From the NCBI RefSeq assembly GCF_004010195.1, contig NC_057726.1:68855155-68919154 (forward strand): DNA of 64,000 bases. The letters are read 5' to 3'. The stretch's first letter is position 1. Each line of letters begins with the position of its first letter. The notes under the pieces are model-generated. The model was not told where the DNA came from, did not search any database, and worked only from the letters and a program-made list of their open reading frames with translations. The DNA comes from Chiloscyllium plagiosum (taxonomy: Eukaryota). Shown here in pieces: positions 62,450-64,000 of this stretch. A program made the position numbers and the translations under genes.

Positions 62450-62625
62450 GGCATTTACATAGCGCCGTTCAGGCCCCTTGAAAGCCAATGAGCTACTCGA
62501 AGTGTGCTCGCCGCTGTAATAAAGAAAATGTGACGACCATTTTGTATACGATTTCCCAAAAAGCAATGTGAGAGTGAGCAGATCATTTGATTCTGTCGTG
62601 TGGATTGGCAGGATAAATATTCGCT
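62450..62625 (-). mobile_element. Deu-domain SINE (SacSINE1/AmnSINE1-like) 3' fragment in an IgSF intron
   Basis: Minus strand AATATTTATCC..CACATTGCTTTTGGGA..CATTGGCT..GGCGCTATGTAAATGC resembles the DeuSINE core and tail as recalled. Confidence 0.55.
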
Positions 62626-62930
62626 TAGGACTGATTTATTATCATTAGGGATGGAACCGCGTGTCAGACAGGGGAACTGGGTATTGATCTGCTAATCCCG
62701 AACATGGCGCGGATTGAATGCAGTTTGTGGTCATTTTAAGCTGACGGCTAAGCAATACTTTAAAATATTGGCGTCAAGTTTGATTTCGGCTGGAGTCCCG
62801 AGTGTGCGGGAATGAATCGGACCCTTGTATTTTTAATGTTGAAGATTAGTGTAGACAGAAATCCCGTCGCTGGTTCCAGTATATAACAAAGATCGTGATT
62901 AAATCAATACTGAAGACCCGTCGCCCTTAC

Positions 62931-63212
62931 CGTGGTTTGGAACCGTGTAGCTGATATTTGCCGGGACGCCGAGTGCGACGTGAGAAACCTGGCAGGTATA
63001 GACTGAGCCCCTCTCCGGAAGACTGAGCTCGCTGGAAACTTGAAATAAACCCTCTTCGTTTAGGATTTTCCTGATGCTGATGCCAGACGTGATTTCGGAG
63101 AAATTTTTATACCACACGAGTTCAAACTGCCCCGGGAAGAAGCCAGCTGTTGTGCAGAGGAGAGCGAGGAAGGGCGAGTCGAGGCGGGTTATCTTCAGCG
63201 GGGTTGGTGGCA
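62931..63212 (-). CDS. Ig C1-set domain exon of an IgSF receptor (gene 5' end lies outside the window)
   Basis: LLCTTAGFFP..ELVWYKN..GLFQVSSELS..YTCQVSHVAL is the C1-set signature; TTCCAG| acceptor, G|GTAAGG donor, symmetric phase 1-1, 282 nt. Confidence 0.9.
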
Positions 63213-64000
63213 CTGGAACACAATAACATTCAATAAATCAATATCGGAAGTTGTGTGTGGGTTGGACAGAAGACAGAACAGCCTGTCAAAAGGCACAGGC
63301 ATTTCTTGAATTTTGGAGGGAATTCTTTTTTTTAAATCAACCTATTAATGCTAACAACTAAAGTTTCAATTTTGAAAGTTAGAATCGATGTACGTTCGTT
63401 AAACCTCCCCGTCCTTTGCATTCGGATAAAAAGTGGAGATAAATAGAGTGGACCATGTCAGAATGGGCAGCCGCTGATAATGTTGGACGAGACACATACT
63501 CTACACACGCAGCTCGGAGTCTGCATTGGATTAACAGTGGTCAAATCAGACAAAGTCAGAGTCCATACTAAAAAAAAGCGGTTTCATCAGACACCCTCGG
63601 TCTGTTGTCCTTTGAACAATCACTGGTTCAATCGGACACAGGCAATCCAGAGTCTATTAAATGCTTACTTCTTTTCCACGAGACATTCTCAATCCATAGT
63701 TTGTATTGAATTCTAATTGGTCCCATCTAAGTCTCAAACCCAAGTCCAAGTCCAATGAGATGCTCCGCAGAGACGGGACTTTCTCAGGGACACTATCCAT
63801 GGCACTGCACACAAGGCCGTTGAGAAGAAACAGGGAAGACACAAGACTGGTTGGAAGCGAGCTCAAGTAATCTCACCGCTGTCAAGGAGGCAAAACGTGT
63901 TGCGCCACTCCACCCAGGCAACACTTTCTGCACTAAGGACACCAAGACACAAGTGTAATGTGCACCCATAATGTTGCAAAGAAAGGAGTTTCAGGATTTT

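Noticed and set aside
63657-63866. Leader-like ORF for the IgSF gene
   Set aside because: Non-ATG start, no matching phase-1 donor, and no V domain; the surrounding sequence looks like decayed LINE.

Overview
Vertebrate genomic DNA, not a prokaryotic accessory region. The repeat families (CR1/HER1-like LINEs, HE1-like tRNA/V-domain SINEs, Penelope-like elements) point to a cartilaginous fish, probably a shark; this is an inference. There are two 500-N gaps. Genes: (1) a complete 5-coding-exon OSGIN-family flavoprotein monooxygenase on + (4517-21972, 502 aa, all introns GT-AG with consistent phases, closest to OSGIN1), with ARE-like motifs upstream; (2) the 3' part of an immunoglobulin-superfamily receptor on - (C1-set exon, TM exon with an FcR-gamma-type arginine, probable 3-codon last exon). 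Most other sequence is decayed retroelements. Main hunt results: about 15 short Penelope-derived elements carry minimal hammerhead-ribozyme motifs. Several are fold-back palindromes with 11-15 bp target-site duplications, one subfamily shows a compensatory U3-A8 core pair, and a decayed likely parent (RT + GIY-YIG) lies at 44.9-47.1 kb. A 6-kb 34-bp satellite contains an internal inversion and a duplicated Penelope GIY-YIG + hammerhead cassette. All coordinates were counted by hand; transposon boundaries are approximate.
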